DNA of 63,993 nucleotides, filler included, from 9 parts of 9 records of this genome joined end to end with filler, not necessarily neighbours in it; one strand, 5' to 3'. Counted from the first letter of the whole stretch, positions 9,631 through 20,030 are shown. A program made the numbers and translations. Notes: a model not told the origin generated them from the sequence alone.

Positions 9631-9812
9631 GTTCAAAATTTTGAACCGGTGCAGAGCGTTTTTTGTCACTCTGTGTCTCCAATGGTTGACAATTCGGGGA
9701 TGTTGAAAGGGGTGCCCCGGGGTTCAAAAAAATGAATTTCTCCATGGGCCCGGGAACCGCAGATGATTACAGCCCGGTTTTTCAACCCTGGTGCCTGTTC
9801 ACAATTTTGAAC
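9631..9812. promoter_or_regulatory. Three palindromic candidate enhancer (UAS) sites GTTCA-N6-TGAA(C/T)
   Basis: GTTCAAAATTTTGAAC 9631-9646, GTTCAAAAAAATGAAT 9722-9737, GTTCACAATTTTGAAC 9797-9812; also TGTC-N10-GACA at 9674-9691. Confidence 0.6.
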
Positions 9813-9815
9813 TTT

Positions 9816-11180
9816 TTACAATTTGTATTTTTTGAGTTTCTGGTTCAGGCCGCTTTTGCCGATGCCCAAGAGTTTGGCCGCCCGGGTCTGGACATTGCCG
9901 GTGAGCATCATGGCCCGCTGGATCATTCGTTTCTCAACGGCGGCAAGGGTTTCGGACAGGCCTGCATTTTCGGGAATGCCGTCCAGCTGAAGCGGGGCTG
10001 AAATGGTTTGCCGCATCTTCAGGGGAAGGTCGGCCGGGGTGATGCGGTCGCTTGACGAGAGGATCACGGCCCGCTCGATGGTATTTTCAAGCTCCCTCAC
10101 ATTTCCGGGCCAGGCGTGGTCGAAAAAGAGCTGTGCCGCCTCCTGGCTCACCCCGGAAACGGGTTCCGCAGCTTTGCGTTCATTGGAGTATTTTTCGATA
10201 AAGTGGTTGATCAGCAGGGGAATGTCCTCCTGGCGGTCCCGGAGGGGCGGGATCACGGCCTTGACCACATTGAGCCGGTAGTAGAGATCTTCCCGGAAGT
10301 TGCCCTTTTCCACCTCCTGCTCAAGGTTTTTATTGGTTGCCGCGATCAGGCGGAAGTCCACGGTAAGCGGGGTGGTGCCCCCGACCCGCTCAAAGGTTTT
10401 CTCCTGGATCACCCTCAATAATTTCACCTGGAGGCTCATGGGAAGCTCCCCTATCTCGTCGAGAAACAGGGTGCCCTGGTGGGCTGTCTCAAACCGTCCC
10501 TTTCGCGTGGCTACTGCTCCTGTAAAAGAGCCTTTTTCATGGCCGAACAGCTCGCTCTCAAGCATGGATTCGGCAAAGGCCGAACAGTTGACGGCCACCA
10601 GGGGCTTGGCTTTTCTGGGACTGTTAAAGTGGATGGATCGCGCCACCAGCTCTTTTCCGGTTCCGCTCTCTCCCTCGATCAGGATGCTGGCGTTGGTGGG
10701 GGCTACCTTTTTTATGGTCTCATAGAGCTCCTGCATGGGTTTGCTCTTTCCGATGATGTTGCCAAAGTTGTAGGCCGCGCTCACGGCGTCCCGCAGCATG
10801 GTGTTCTCCTGCACGATTCCCTGGATCGAGATCGCCTTTGAAATGTGGGCCACCAGGGTTTCGTTTTCAAAGGGCTTGAGAATATAGGTGTAGGCGCCCT
10901 TGTGCATGGCCTCCACCGCCTTTTCAACGCTTCCGTAGGCGGTCATGACGATGACGGGCATGTCCGGAGTGATCTCCTTGATTTTTTTCATCAGTTCGAT
11001 CCCGTCCATTCCCGGCATGTTCACGTCGGTGAGCACAAGGTCAATGTGCTGCTCATTGAGAATGTCCAGGGCCATGAGGCTGCTTGATGCCGTGACCGGT
11101 GAAAACCCCTCTTCCTTGAGGACTTCTCCCAGGATGGTGGGATAGTTTTTTTCATCGTCAACGATCAGGATCTTTTCCAT
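9816..11180 (-). CDS. NtrC-family sigma-54 response regulator (REC-AAA+-HTH)
   Basis: REC (VDDE, TDVNMP), GESGTGKE, GSFTGA variant of GAFTGA, LFLDEIGE, WPGNVRELEN, Fis-type HTH. Confidence 0.96.
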   Translation of the reverse strand: MEKILIVDDEKNYPTILGEVLKEEGFSPVTASSSLMALDILNEQHIDLVLTDVNMPGMDGIELMKKIKEITPDMPVIVMTAYGSVEKAVEAMHKGAYTYILKPFENETLVAHISKAISIQGIVQENTMLRDAVSAAYNFGNIIGKSKPMQELYETIKKVAPTNASILIEGESGTGKELVARSIHFNSPRKAKPLVAVNCSAFAESMLESELFGHEKGSFTGAVATRKGRFETAHQGTLFLDEIGELPMSLQVKLLRVIQEKTFERVGGTTPLTVDFRLIAATNKNLEQEVEKGNFREDLYYRLNVVKAVIPPLRDRQEDIPLLINHFIEKYSNERKAAEPVSGVSQEAAQLFFDHAWPGNVRELENTIERAVILSSSDRITPADLPLKMRQTISAPLQLDGIPENAGLSETLAAVEKRMIQRAMMLTGNVQTRAAKLLGIGKSGLNQKLKKYKL

Positions 11181-11184
11181 ATTG

Positions 11185-12600
11185 TTAACTCTCCTTTGCC
11201 GGCAGGATGATCTCCACCTGAACGCCGGTTGATTCCCTGTTTGAAAGCTCTATTTCACCGCCGTGGGACTCGATGATGTTTTTGACGATGCCAAGTCCCA
11301 GGCCCGTACCCATCTCTTTTGTGGTGAAAAAGGGGTTCCATATCTTCTTTAATTCCTCTTCGCCAATGCCTCTTCCCTGGTCTTCAAACAGGATGACCAC
11401 CTCGGTGTCGTCATAGAACAGGCTGATGATGATCCTGCCTTCATCGTCCATGGCCTGGAAGGAGTTGAGCAGGATGTTCAGAAACGCCTGGTAGAGCATG
11501 GAACTGTCGGCCAGGATTTCCGGGATGTTGTCGCTGAAGCGTTTCTCGATCTCAATCCCCTTTTCAAGGAGCTTTGGTTCCAGAAAGGAGATGTTTTTTT
11601 CGATGATGTTCTCGATTTTGCAGGGCCTCAGATCAGGCTTCATGGGGCGGGCAAAATCCAGGAAATCCTTGATGATGTTGTTGAGCCGGACAGACTCTTC
11701 AACGATGATATCGGGAATGGTGGTGGCGGTGTCGAGCTTTGCCATCTTTTTTTTCAACAGCTCGGCTGAGCTCTTGATGATTCCCAGGGGATTCCGGATC
11801 TCATGGGAGACCCCGGCCGTCATTTCCCCGATGGCGGAGAGATGTTCGGCTCGCCTGAGCTTCTCTTCCAGTTTCAGCTGCTCCTGGTTCCGCCGCTCGA
11901 TAATGTTCTCTCCCTGTTTGACCACAAATATGAGAACGATAAAGAGGGTGCCCATGACGATGCAGCAGGTGACCGTCACCATCACCTGGAGCCTGAAAAT
12001 TTTATGATAATCGCCGGAAACATCCTGGACGATCTCCACGACCCCGAGTACCGGGCCCGAGATGGAGGAGAGGGGCTTTTCCGCCCGAAGGGGGGCAAAG
12101 GTGACAATCTTGGTATGCCTGGGCACCCCTAAAAACAGCTCCAGGGAGGAGCCCTTTTGCACCAGGCGGGAGGTTGATTCGCTTTTTACGGCGTTTGCGT
12201 AGCCTGAACCGCCGGCATTTTTTGTGCCGATCCGGCTCTTGTCATAGCTGTAGGAGATGATGTTGTTCATGTCGTAGATGTTGACCGTTTCCACGTTAAA
12301 GCTGTGGAGGGTGGTCTTGACCACCCGGTCCATCCGTTTGAACTGGGCTTCTTCCCTCAGTTTGATCTGGCCGTATTTCAACACGACCGGGATGATAAAC
12401 TGGAGAAAGACCTGGTGGTTGAGATTCTCCACAAGAAGGTGGGCGTACTCTTCGCTCTTCTGCTGGAGGATGCTTCTAACCCAGTGGGTGTTGATGGCCG
12501 AGATGATGATGGTCGCGGCAAACATGACAACAAGGCTCGTAAAGGTAAAATATTTGACCAGCCTGAAAGGCCGTTTCTCCTTTATATCCTGCTGTTTCAT
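11185..12600 (-). CDS. Membrane sensor histidine kinase
   Basis: Two TM helices, H-box SHEIRNPL, N-box NILLNS, FEDQGRG, FFTTKEMGTGLGL. Confidence 0.95.
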   Translation of the reverse strand: MKQQDIKEKRPFRLVKYFTFTSLVVMFAATIIISAINTHWVRSILQQKSEEYAHLLVENLNHQVFLQFIIPVVLKYGQIKLREEAQFKRMDRVVKTTLHSFNVETVNIYDMNNIISYSYDKSRIGTKNAGGSGYANAVKSESTSRLVQKGSSLELFLGVPRHTKIVTFAPLRAEKPLSSISGPVLGVVEIVQDVSGDYHKIFRLQVMVTVTCCIVMGTLFIVLIFVVKQGENIIERRNQEQLKLEEKLRRAEHLSAIGEMTAGVSHEIRNPLGIIKSSAELLKKKMAKLDTATTIPDIIVEESVRLNNIIKDFLDFARPMKPDLRPCKIENIIEKNISFLEPKLLEKGIEIEKRFSDNIPEILADSSMLYQAFLNILLNSFQAMDDEGRIIISLFYDDTEVVILFEDQGRGIGEEELKKIWNPFFTTKEMGTGLGLGIVKNIIESHGGEIELSNRESTGVQVEIILPAKES

Positions 12601-12853
12601 TCTTTAATCTTGACCCCGTCCTTTTTTTCAAAAATAGCCGGCAGGGCCGTCTTTTTTGTCGGTAAAAATCGCTGTTTTTTTATCCAATCGATGATTGTTC
12701 TTGACTTAACACCAATATACGATACTTTAAGAACTGCAAGTATAGTAGTAATACCTCAGGTTATCAACCTAAAAAATATGGCGTGGCACGCTTTTGTTTT
12801 TCTGCGACGTCGATGTTACTTTAAGGGCTGTTTGGGCCGACAGGGTAGGTACT

Positions 12854-13024
12854 ATGCTTTTTCGAAAACGCGATCATCTTGTGGGACTGGACATTGGCTC
12901 TTCCTTGATAAAGGTTGCCGAGATCAAGGAGACCGCCAAGGGGCCTGCGCTGAAAAAGTTCGGCATAGCAAAGATTGCCCCGGGGGCCATCGTGGATGGA
13001 AATATCCAGGATGTCGAGGGGATT
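12854..13024 (+). CDS. pilM: Type IV pilus assembly protein PilM (N-terminus, truncated)
   Basis: MLFRKRDHLVGLDIGSSLIKVAEI...GAIVDGNI, typical of the PilM N-terminus. Confidence 0.85.
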
Positions 13025-13124
13025 NNNNNNNNNNNNNNNNNNNNNNNNNNNNNNNNNNNNNNNNNNNNTTAATTAATTAANNNNNNNNNNNNNNNNNNNN
13101 NNNNNNNNNNNNNNNNNNNNNNNN
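13025..13124. other. Artificial contig spacer
   Basis: N-run with TTAATTAATTAA. Confidence 0.99.
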
Positions 13125-13370
13125 ATGGGTACCTACAGTCTTGGTTACGCCAATCCCGAGTTGGATAAGGTCATTGAAAACGCGGTGAAGGTCATGGATC
13201 GAGAAAAACGGGAAAAAGCGCTCCAGGAAACCATGGCCCTGGCCGTGCAAGATTACGGCATCATCCCTTTATATACGCAGGTAACGGTGAACGCCATGAA
13301 AGATAATGTGAACTACATTCCGCGGGCAGACGAGTCATGCACGGCCATGAACGCATCGCCGGTAAAATAA
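13125..13370 (+). CDS. ABC peptide/nickel substrate-binding protein, C-terminal fragment
   Basis: GYANPELDKVIE...IIPLY, typical family 5 SBP C-terminus, upstream of dppBCDF-like genes. Confidence 0.8.
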   Translation: MGTYSLGYANPELDKVIENAVKVMDREKREKALQETMALAVQDYGIIPLYTQVTVNAMKDNVNYIPRADESCTAMNASPVK

Positions 13371-13394
13371 TGTCCCCATTACGGAGTTGATGCA

Positions 13395-14366
13395 GTGACG
13401 GTTTTCCTTGTCAGACGCGTAATCCAAAGTATTGTCGTGCTTGTGGCCATGTCCTTGATTGTCTTTGCGGCGATTTATGCCATCGGGGATCCGGTTACCT
13501 TGTTGATGGATCCAGAAGCATCACTCGCCGAGCGGGAAGCCATCACCCATAAGCTCGGGCTGGACCGGCCGTTATACGAGCAGTATTTTCGTTTTCTCGG
13601 TGGTCTGGCTCGAGGTGATCTGGGCGACTCTTATGTGTATAACATCCCGGCCCTTAAGCTGATTCTGCAAAGAATGCCGGCCACCCTCGAACTGGCCATT
13701 TTTTCCATGTTAATCGCGGTTGCGGCGGGTATCCCGCTGGGCGTTTGGGCCGGGATGAAGCCTGATTCGATCATTAGTAAAGGCATAATGTCGGGATCGA
13801 TTCTTGGCTTCAGCCTTCCCACGTTCTGGATTGGTCTTATGATGATTCTCGTCTTTTCCATCCAGTTGGGTTGGCTTCCGACCATTGGCCGCGGGGAAAC
13901 GGTGGACATTTTCGGGATCAGTGTAAGTTTTCTGACTTTAGATGGGATCAAACACCTCATTTTGCCGGCAGTCAACATGTCGTTGTATCCTTTATCGTTG
14001 ATAATCCGCTTAATCCGGGCAGGAATGCAAGAGACGCTGCCCCTGGATTTTGTCAAATTCGCCAGGGCCAAAGGACTGAGCAACTTTCGGGTGATTGTTG
14101 TTCACGTGTTGAAAAACATTTTGATTCCCGTGGTGACCATCGTCGGTGTCCAGTTCGGCATAATTTTGGCGTTTGCCGTGGTTACGGAAAGCGTCTTTGC
14201 CTGGCCGGGGATGGGCAAGTTGATTATCGATTCCATTAACCTGCTCGATAGGCCGGTGGTTGTTGCCTATTTGCTCATCACCGTGCTGATGTTCATGATG
14301 ATCAATCTGGTGGTCGACATCTTGTATTCGGTGCTGGATCCGAGGATTCGGTTGGGAGGCTCCTGA
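13395..14366 (+). CDS. Dpp/Opp ABC permease (DppB-like)
   Basis: GLDRPLYEQY, EAA loop FARAKGL, ESVFAWPGMG, LDPRI. Confidence 0.92.
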   Translation: MTVFLVRRVIQSIVVLVAMSLIVFAAIYAIGDPVTLLMDPEASLAEREAITHKLGLDRPLYEQYFRFLGGLARGDLGDSYVYNIPALKLILQRMPATLELAIFSMLIAVAAGIPLGVWAGMKPDSIISKGIMSGSILGFSLPTFWIGLMMILVFSIQLGWLPTIGRGETVDIFGISVSFLTLDGIKHLILPAVNMSLYPLSLIIRLIRAGMQETLPLDFVKFARAKGLSNFRVIVVHVLKNILIPVVTIVGVQFGIILAFAVVTESVFAWPGMGKLIIDSINLLDRPVVVAYLLITVLMFMMINLVVDILYSVLDPRIRLGGS

Positions 14367-14369
14367 AAG

Positions 14370-15296
14370 ATGAAAAAGTCCCAAACGGAAAAAGGTCGTC
14401 GAAAGCAGAAAGACAGGACGGCTGTCGAAAGCCCGTTTCAAAAACTCGTGTCAGACTATGCAGGCAGCAAATTGGCCGTGTGCGCGTTTGTAGTGGTGGT
14501 CTGCGTCGTATTGGCCGCCGTTTTTGCTCCCTGGATTTCGCCTCAAAATCCTTACGACCTGTCTCAATTTACGATTCTGGATAGTTGCCTGGCGCCGGGG
14601 GCGACGAGCATGGACGGCATGAGGTATTGGCTGGGAACCGATGACCAGGGGCGGGACATGTTGAGCGCTATTTTTTACGGCTTGCGAATCAGCCTGCTCG
14701 TCGGAATTGTGAGCGGGCTTCTATCAATGATCCTGGGAACGCTTCTCGGTATAATGGGTGCATACTACGGCGGGAAAACTGATGCATTCATCATGCGTGT
14801 CGTCGATCTTATTCTTGGCTTGCCGAGCATACTTATTGCCCTGATTTTGCTTGCGGTTCTTGGCCGTGGCGTGGATAAGGTGATCATCGCCCTGGTGGTT
14901 AGACAATGGGCCTACTTTGCACGGATTGCCCGCAGTTCGGCGTTGGTGGAGTTAAACAAGGAATATATCGAAGCCGCCAAATGCCTGGCATTGTCCAGTT
15001 CCCGGGTGGTCTTGCGTCATTTGCTACCCAACTGCCTGCCACCACTAATTGTCATTGTCACCGTCAATGTCGCCTTTGCTATCGGGCTTGAAGCAACGCT
15101 CTCTTTTCTCGGCGTTGGTTTGCCCATAACCGAACCTTCCCTGGGCCTGCTTATTTCCAACGGTTATCAATACATGTTGGGCGGTCGATACTGGATCAGT
15201 TTTTATCCGGGCATTGCCCTGCTTATTGCAGTGGGCAGCATCAACATCGTTGGGGACCGCCTAAGAGACGTACTTAACCCGAGATTGCAAAAATGA
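14370..15296 (+). CDS. Dpp/Opp ABC permease (DppC-like)
   Basis: LGTDDQGRD, EYIEAAKCLA, HLLPN, GDRLRDVLNPR. Confidence 0.92.
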   Translation: MKKSQTEKGRRKQKDRTAVESPFQKLVSDYAGSKLAVCAFVVVVCVVLAAVFAPWISPQNPYDLSQFTILDSCLAPGATSMDGMRYWLGTDDQGRDMLSAIFYGLRISLLVGIVSGLLSMILGTLLGIMGAYYGGKTDAFIMRVVDLILGLPSILIALILLAVLGRGVDKVIIALVVRQWAYFARIARSSALVELNKEYIEAAKCLALSSSRVVLRHLLPNCLPPLIVIVTVNVAFAIGLEATLSFLGVGLPITEPSLGLLISNGYQYMLGGRYWISFYPGIALLIAVGSINIVGDRLRDVLNPRLQK

Positions 15297-16267
15297 ATAC
15301 TGATACGCCAAAGTTATCCGTCGAAAGCCTCAAGACCTATTTTTTTACCAAGGCCGGTGTCGTCAAGGCTGTGGATGAGGTAAGCTTCAGCATTGGCGCC
15401 GGGAAAATACTTGGCCTTGTGGGAGAATCCGGTTCAGGCAAGTCGGTCACCGGTCTGTCGATTTTAGGGTTGATCGACGATCCCGGCCGGATCGTTTCCG
15501 GCCGGGTTCTTTTTAACGGCAACGATATCATCGAACTGTCGGAGAAGGAGAAACGTGGGCTGCGTGGCAACGGTATTTCCATGATATTCCAGGACGCGAT
15601 GATGACCCTCAACCCGGTATTGAGCATCGGATCCCAAATGACCGAGGCACTGCACGCGCATCGAAAAATCAGTCCTAAAGACGCTTTCGATTGTGCGAAA
15701 CAGGCCCTGGTCCAGGTCGGTATTCCTGCGCCTGGAGACCGATTGCGCGCCTATCCGCACCAGTTGTCCGGCGGTATGCGGCAGCGGGTTGCCATTGCAA
15801 CGGCAATGCTAAATGATCCGGAGGTCATCATTGCCGATGAACCCACAACCGCCCTGGATGTGACCATCCAGGCCCAAATTCTTTTTGAAACCCAGAAACT
15901 ATGCCGGGAAAAGGGAACCGCCCTCATCTGGATTACCCATGACTTGGCGGTTGTGGCCGGGTTGGTCGAAGAAGTGTGTGTCATGTATGCAGGAAAAATT
16001 GTGGAATATGGACCCGTGGATGACATCTTGGATCGGCCGCTTCATCCTTACACCAAAGGGCTGATCGGTTCGGTACCGAGCCATAACCGTCGTGGCCAGC
16101 CGCTTTACCAGATTCCGGGCATGACGCCGTCGTTATTGAACCTGCCGCCCGGCTGTGCTTTTCGCGAGCGCTGTTTGCGGGCTGACGAGATCTGCAAAAA
16201 GCCGCCTGAAATGTCGATGCCGCTTCCGGGTCATCGCGTACGTTGCTTTAACCCCCATATGAATTGA
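15293..16267 (+). CDS. Dpp/Opp ABC ATPase (DppD-like)
   Basis: GESGSGKS, LSGGMRQR, ADEPTTALD, C-terminal HPYT...GCAFRERC. Confidence 0.94.
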   Translation: MNTDTPKLSVESLKTYFFTKAGVVKAVDEVSFSIGAGKILGLVGESGSGKSVTGLSILGLIDDPGRIVSGRVLFNGNDIIELSEKEKRGLRGNGISMIFQDAMMTLNPVLSIGSQMTEALHAHRKISPKDAFDCAKQALVQVGIPAPGDRLRAYPHQLSGGMRQRVAIATAMLNDPEVIIADEPTTALDVTIQAQILFETQKLCREKGTALIWITHDLAVVAGLVEEVCVMYAGKIVEYGPVDDILDRPLHPYTKGLIGSVPSHNRRGQPLYQIPGMTPSLLNLPPGCAFRERCLRADEICKKPPEMSMPLPGHRVRCFNPHMN

Positions 16268-17277
16268 TGACAATGACGACAACGTTAAAGAAAACACCGC
16301 TTCTTGAACTAAAAAACATATCGAAATGCTTTACCAAGGAGCTGGATTTTGTCGCCAAGATGGTCCGTCGCATGGGAGCGGATATCCGGGAGGAACGGGT
16401 TCAGGCCATCGATGGCCTGAGCCTGAGTATTTTTGACGGTGAGGTGGTCGGCTTGGTTGGAGAATCGGGTTGCGGAAAGTCGACGCTTGGACGAATCGCT
16501 GCCGGCATTCTCGACCCCACTCAAGGGTCGGTTCTGTTTCGCGGCCGGGATATTGCCACGTTAAATTACAAAGAACGCAAAGATGCCTTGCTGAAAACCC
16601 AGATGATCTTCCAAGACCCCTTTGCCTCCCTCAATCCACGCATGCGCGTTCGCGACATCGTCGGTGAAGCGGCGTATGCGCATGGTCTGGTTAGCCGTGA
16701 TGAGTTGGATGATTATCTGGATAAATTGCTGTTACAGTGCGGCCTCGATCCCGATTTTAAAAAACGATATCCCCATCAATTTTCCGGCGGACAGCGCCAG
16801 AGAATCGCCATTGTCCGCAGCCTTGCCGTTCAGCCGGAATTCCTTGTCGCCGATGAAATTGTTTCCGCCCTGGACGTCTCCATTCAGTCCCAGATCCTGA
16901 ATCTTTTTATAACGCTTCAAAAAGAGTTGGCTTTGGGAAGCCTTTTCATCAGCCACAACATCAGCGTTGTGGAATACGTCTGCGACCGGGTGGTGATTAT
17001 GTACCTCGGCCGGGTGGTTGAGCAGGCAACAACGACAGATCTGTTCGTCGGGCCGCTGCACCCCTATACAAGAGCTCTTTTGGAAGAGGTGCCCGACCTG
17101 GCAAAGCGCCGCATCAGCTATTCGCCCATCCAAGGAGAAATACCATCACCGTTGGCCCCCCCTTCCGGATGCCACTTCCATCCAAGATGTCCGGTCGCGG
17201 TGGCGCAATGCCGCACCGAACAGCCTGAAACCAGGGAGATCGAAAACCAGCATTGGGTCGCCTGTCATTTATGTTGA
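16264..17277 (+). CDS. Dpp/Opp ABC ATPase (DppF-like)
   Basis: GESGCGKST, FSGGQRQR, GCHFHPRC, VACH. Confidence 0.94.
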   Translation: MMTMTTTLKKTPLLELKNISKCFTKELDFVAKMVRRMGADIREERVQAIDGLSLSIFDGEVVGLVGESGCGKSTLGRIAAGILDPTQGSVLFRGRDIATLNYKERKDALLKTQMIFQDPFASLNPRMRVRDIVGEAAYAHGLVSRDELDDYLDKLLLQCGLDPDFKKRYPHQFSGGQRQRIAIVRSLAVQPEFLVADEIVSALDVSIQSQILNLFITLQKELALGSLFISHNISVVEYVCDRVVIMYLGRVVEQATTTDLFVGPLHPYTRALLEEVPDLAKRRISYSPIQGEIPSPLAPPSGCHFHPRCPVAVAQCRTEQPETREIENQHWVACHLC

Positions 17278-17372
17278 TGTCTGCAAACTTGAACAATGCA
17301 CCTAAATTCGAACGGGAAAATTAGATCCATTAAATCAAAGGGCACTTAAGGCCCCTATCACTAACGTGGAGA

Positions 17373-19093
17373 TTGTTGATGTGCTTAAAATATGACCATC
17401 CAAACGGATGGTTGAAATTTCCGAATCAATATTTGAAGGAACATCCGTCGCAATTCAAACCCGGTTATCGTCGAACGTCCGAATATCTTGAAGTGAGGGA
17501 CGGAACGAAACTGGCAGTTGATATCCATCTTCCGAAGGGTTGCCCGGCAGATACCGCCCTGCCCACCTTGGTTATCTTCACACCCTATTGTCGCCGTTTT
17601 GCATTGCAGACGCCCCAGGCCAGCGGCGTCGAAGTGAGCCCGAACACCTGTGTTTATCGGGATTTATTTGTTCCTCGCGGTTATGCCCTTATCGTTGTCG
17701 ATGTGCGCGGCACCGGGGCCTCGTTTGGATTCAGGGACGGCTTCCGTTCTCCCGTCGAACGTGACGATTACTACGATGTGGTGGATTGGGCCGTGCGGCA
17801 GCCCTGGTGCAACGGGAATGTCGGTTCATTGGGAATCTCCTATCTCGGCGCGGCGGCGTGCTTTCTGGCCTCAACCGGCCATCGCGCGGTCAAGGCCGTT
17901 GCACCCATGTTTGCCGTATGGGATTCTTGGGCTGATTATTTCTATCCAGGCGGCCTTCTTCTTACCGGCGCGCTGAAGGCCTACAACGAATTGAAAACCG
18001 CGCTAGATCTTGATCAGCGGGATCAATTGAGAGCTTTCGATTATTATGCAGATCCCCGTTTGAATGGCCCTGCCCCCACAGACGACGATCCGGAGCGCCG
18101 GTTGATCGCTCAGGCCATCGAAGAGCACAAAGCCAACATGGATATGAATGACTTCTTCCGGGCCTTTGAGTTCAGGGACTCACATTTAAGCTACGACCCC
18201 GATTACACAAGTGCCTTGATCAGTCCTTACCATTACGCGCAAGAAATTCGGCCGGACGTTGCCTACTATTGCATTTCCGGATGGCTGGACGGCGGTGCGT
18301 ATCCAATCGGCATGGTACGGCGCTTCCTGTCGTTGAATAATACGAAGAAACACCTTCTTTTGGGTCCCTGGGATCATGGTGCGAGAACCAATGTCAGCCC
18401 CTTCAGAAGCCATGCCGGTGCCGAAGGGGATGTGTGTTGGGCGGAATGCGTACGCTTTTTCGACCATTACCTCAAAGGTGACGATACCGGGCTTGATCAA
18501 GAAGCGCCTGTGCACTATTTCACCATTGCCGAGGAGTCCTGGAGTGCATCTCCAACCTGGCCGGTTCCGCAAACCAAAGAGAAAACCTATTATTTGGGAC
18601 CGCAAGGAACATTGGTGTCCAATACTTCTGATGAAACCGATGCCTTCGATGAAGTGACGTCAAATATTGCCTTTGGTACGGGAGCCAATACCCGGTATGA
18701 ACGAATTTCGGCAAAGGTGGTGAACGAGTATTACCCGGATTGGAATGGCCGAGATAAAATGTTGCCTGTGTTTACCACTCAGCCACTGGAACAAGATTTG
18801 GAAGTCACCGGGCATCCGGTAGTGACCGTGTATTTGTCTTCAACGGAGAGAGACGGAGCCGTGATTGTCTATCTTGAAGATGTGGACGTGAACGGAAAGT
18901 GTTACTATGTGACCGAGGGCGTCTTACGTATTTTGCACCGCAAGGAATCTAAGCCCGGTCCGAACTACCGGGGGGTGGGGCCATATCATAGTTTTACAGG
19001 CGCTGACACCAAACTGATGGAACCGAATATTCCTGTAAAAGTTAAAATAGAATTGTTTCCTACATCATGGGTTTTTCGTAAAGGCCACCGCAT
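17373..19093 (+). CDS. CocE/NonD family (peptidase S15) serine hydrolase, 3' truncated
   Basis: VRDGTKLAVD, DVRGTGASFG, nucleophile GISYLG, GWLD, GPWDH, PepX_C-like C-terminus. Confidence 0.9.
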
Positions 19094-19193
19094 NNNNNNN
19101 NNNNNNNNNNNNNNNNNNNNNNNNNNNNNNNNNNNNNTTAATTAATTAANNNNNNNNNNNNNNNNNNNNNNNNNNNNNNNNNNNNNNNNNNNN
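19094..19193. other. Artificial contig spacer
   Basis: N-run with TTAATTAATTAA. Confidence 0.99.
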
Positions 19194-19534
19194 TCTTCGG
19201 CCACCAGGCCGCAGCCGCCGGCAACGCCTAGGAATTCATCTCCAAGATAAATGGGGACCACTATTTTGGAAAATCCGGCGTCGCATTCTTCCACCACCGT
19301 TGCCCGGGTCTTCTTGGCAATGGCATTCATGTTCATGTGGGCCACCGAGCAGATGTAGCTCTGGCCCTTTTCTGTGGATTTGATGGCGGGACAGAGGTCG
19401 TTGCTCCAGTTTTTTACCTCGGTGATCCGGATGCCGTCGGGGTTGAATACAGATCCCTGGAAGTTGAATTTTTCAAATATCTCGTTTTCCAGGGTTTCCC
19501 ATGCGGACAGGGGACAGATGTCGGTGAGTTCCAT
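19194..19534 (-). CDS. PocR ligand-binding domain protein (truncated)
   Basis: LCPAIKS...ICS...ECDAGFSKIVVPI...GGCG, the PocR cysteine pattern. Confidence 0.8.
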
Positions 19535-19620
19535 GTCTTTTCCTTTCTATCATTAAGGGTGGCGTGTTTTTACCACGGCCCTTGAAATACTGTCAACCCG
19601 GCAAAAGTCAGGGCAAGGGC

Positions 19621-19875
19621 TCAGAATGTCTTTCCGCAGCAGGAGCCGGGGCCGGCGCAGCCGGATTTTTCACCCGGGGCGGAACCGCAGCAGGCCGTGT
19701 CTCCGGGGCCGGGAAAAGCGGATCTGGCACTGCCCGACATGCTCGAATGGGCAGCCATGAGTTTTTCCAGGTTTTTACTTCCGCAATGGGTACAGACCGG
19801 ATCATCATCACTTGAAATCATGAGGATCTCGCAGGTCTCGCTGCAGTCCTTACATTTGAAATCATACAAGGGCAT
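19621..19875 (-). CDS. FmdB-family zinc-ribbon protein with Cys-rich tail
   Basis: MPLYDFKCKDC...CTHCGSKNLEKL; C-terminal CC...C...CC. Confidence 0.88.
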   Translation of the reverse strand: MPLYDFKCKDCSETCEILMISSDDDPVCTHCGSKNLEKLMAAHSSMSGSARSAFPGPGDTACCGSAPGEKSGCAGPGSCCGKTF

Positions 19876-19954
19876 AAGATATCTCCTAATCGGGTTGCTA
19901 TCGGGGTGTTATCCGCCTGGAGGCAAACTGGCCTCCAGGCACGGATAATAATAA

Positions 19955-20030
19955 AGCCCTGTGATGGCGACACCTTTTTTAATGAGACGGGGGTAAGATA
20001 GGGGTAAAAAGGTGCCGCCATTACAGGGCT
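19955..20030. repeat. 25-bp imperfect inverted repeat with 26-nt loop
   Basis: AGCCCTGTGATGGCGACACCTTTTT ... AAAAAGGTGCCGCCATTACAGGGCT, 23/25 complementary. Confidence 0.75.

Noticed and set aside
12784-12799. Possible sigma-54 promoter TGGCACGCTTTTGTT before pilM
   Set aside because: Lacks GC at the required GG-N10-GC spacing.
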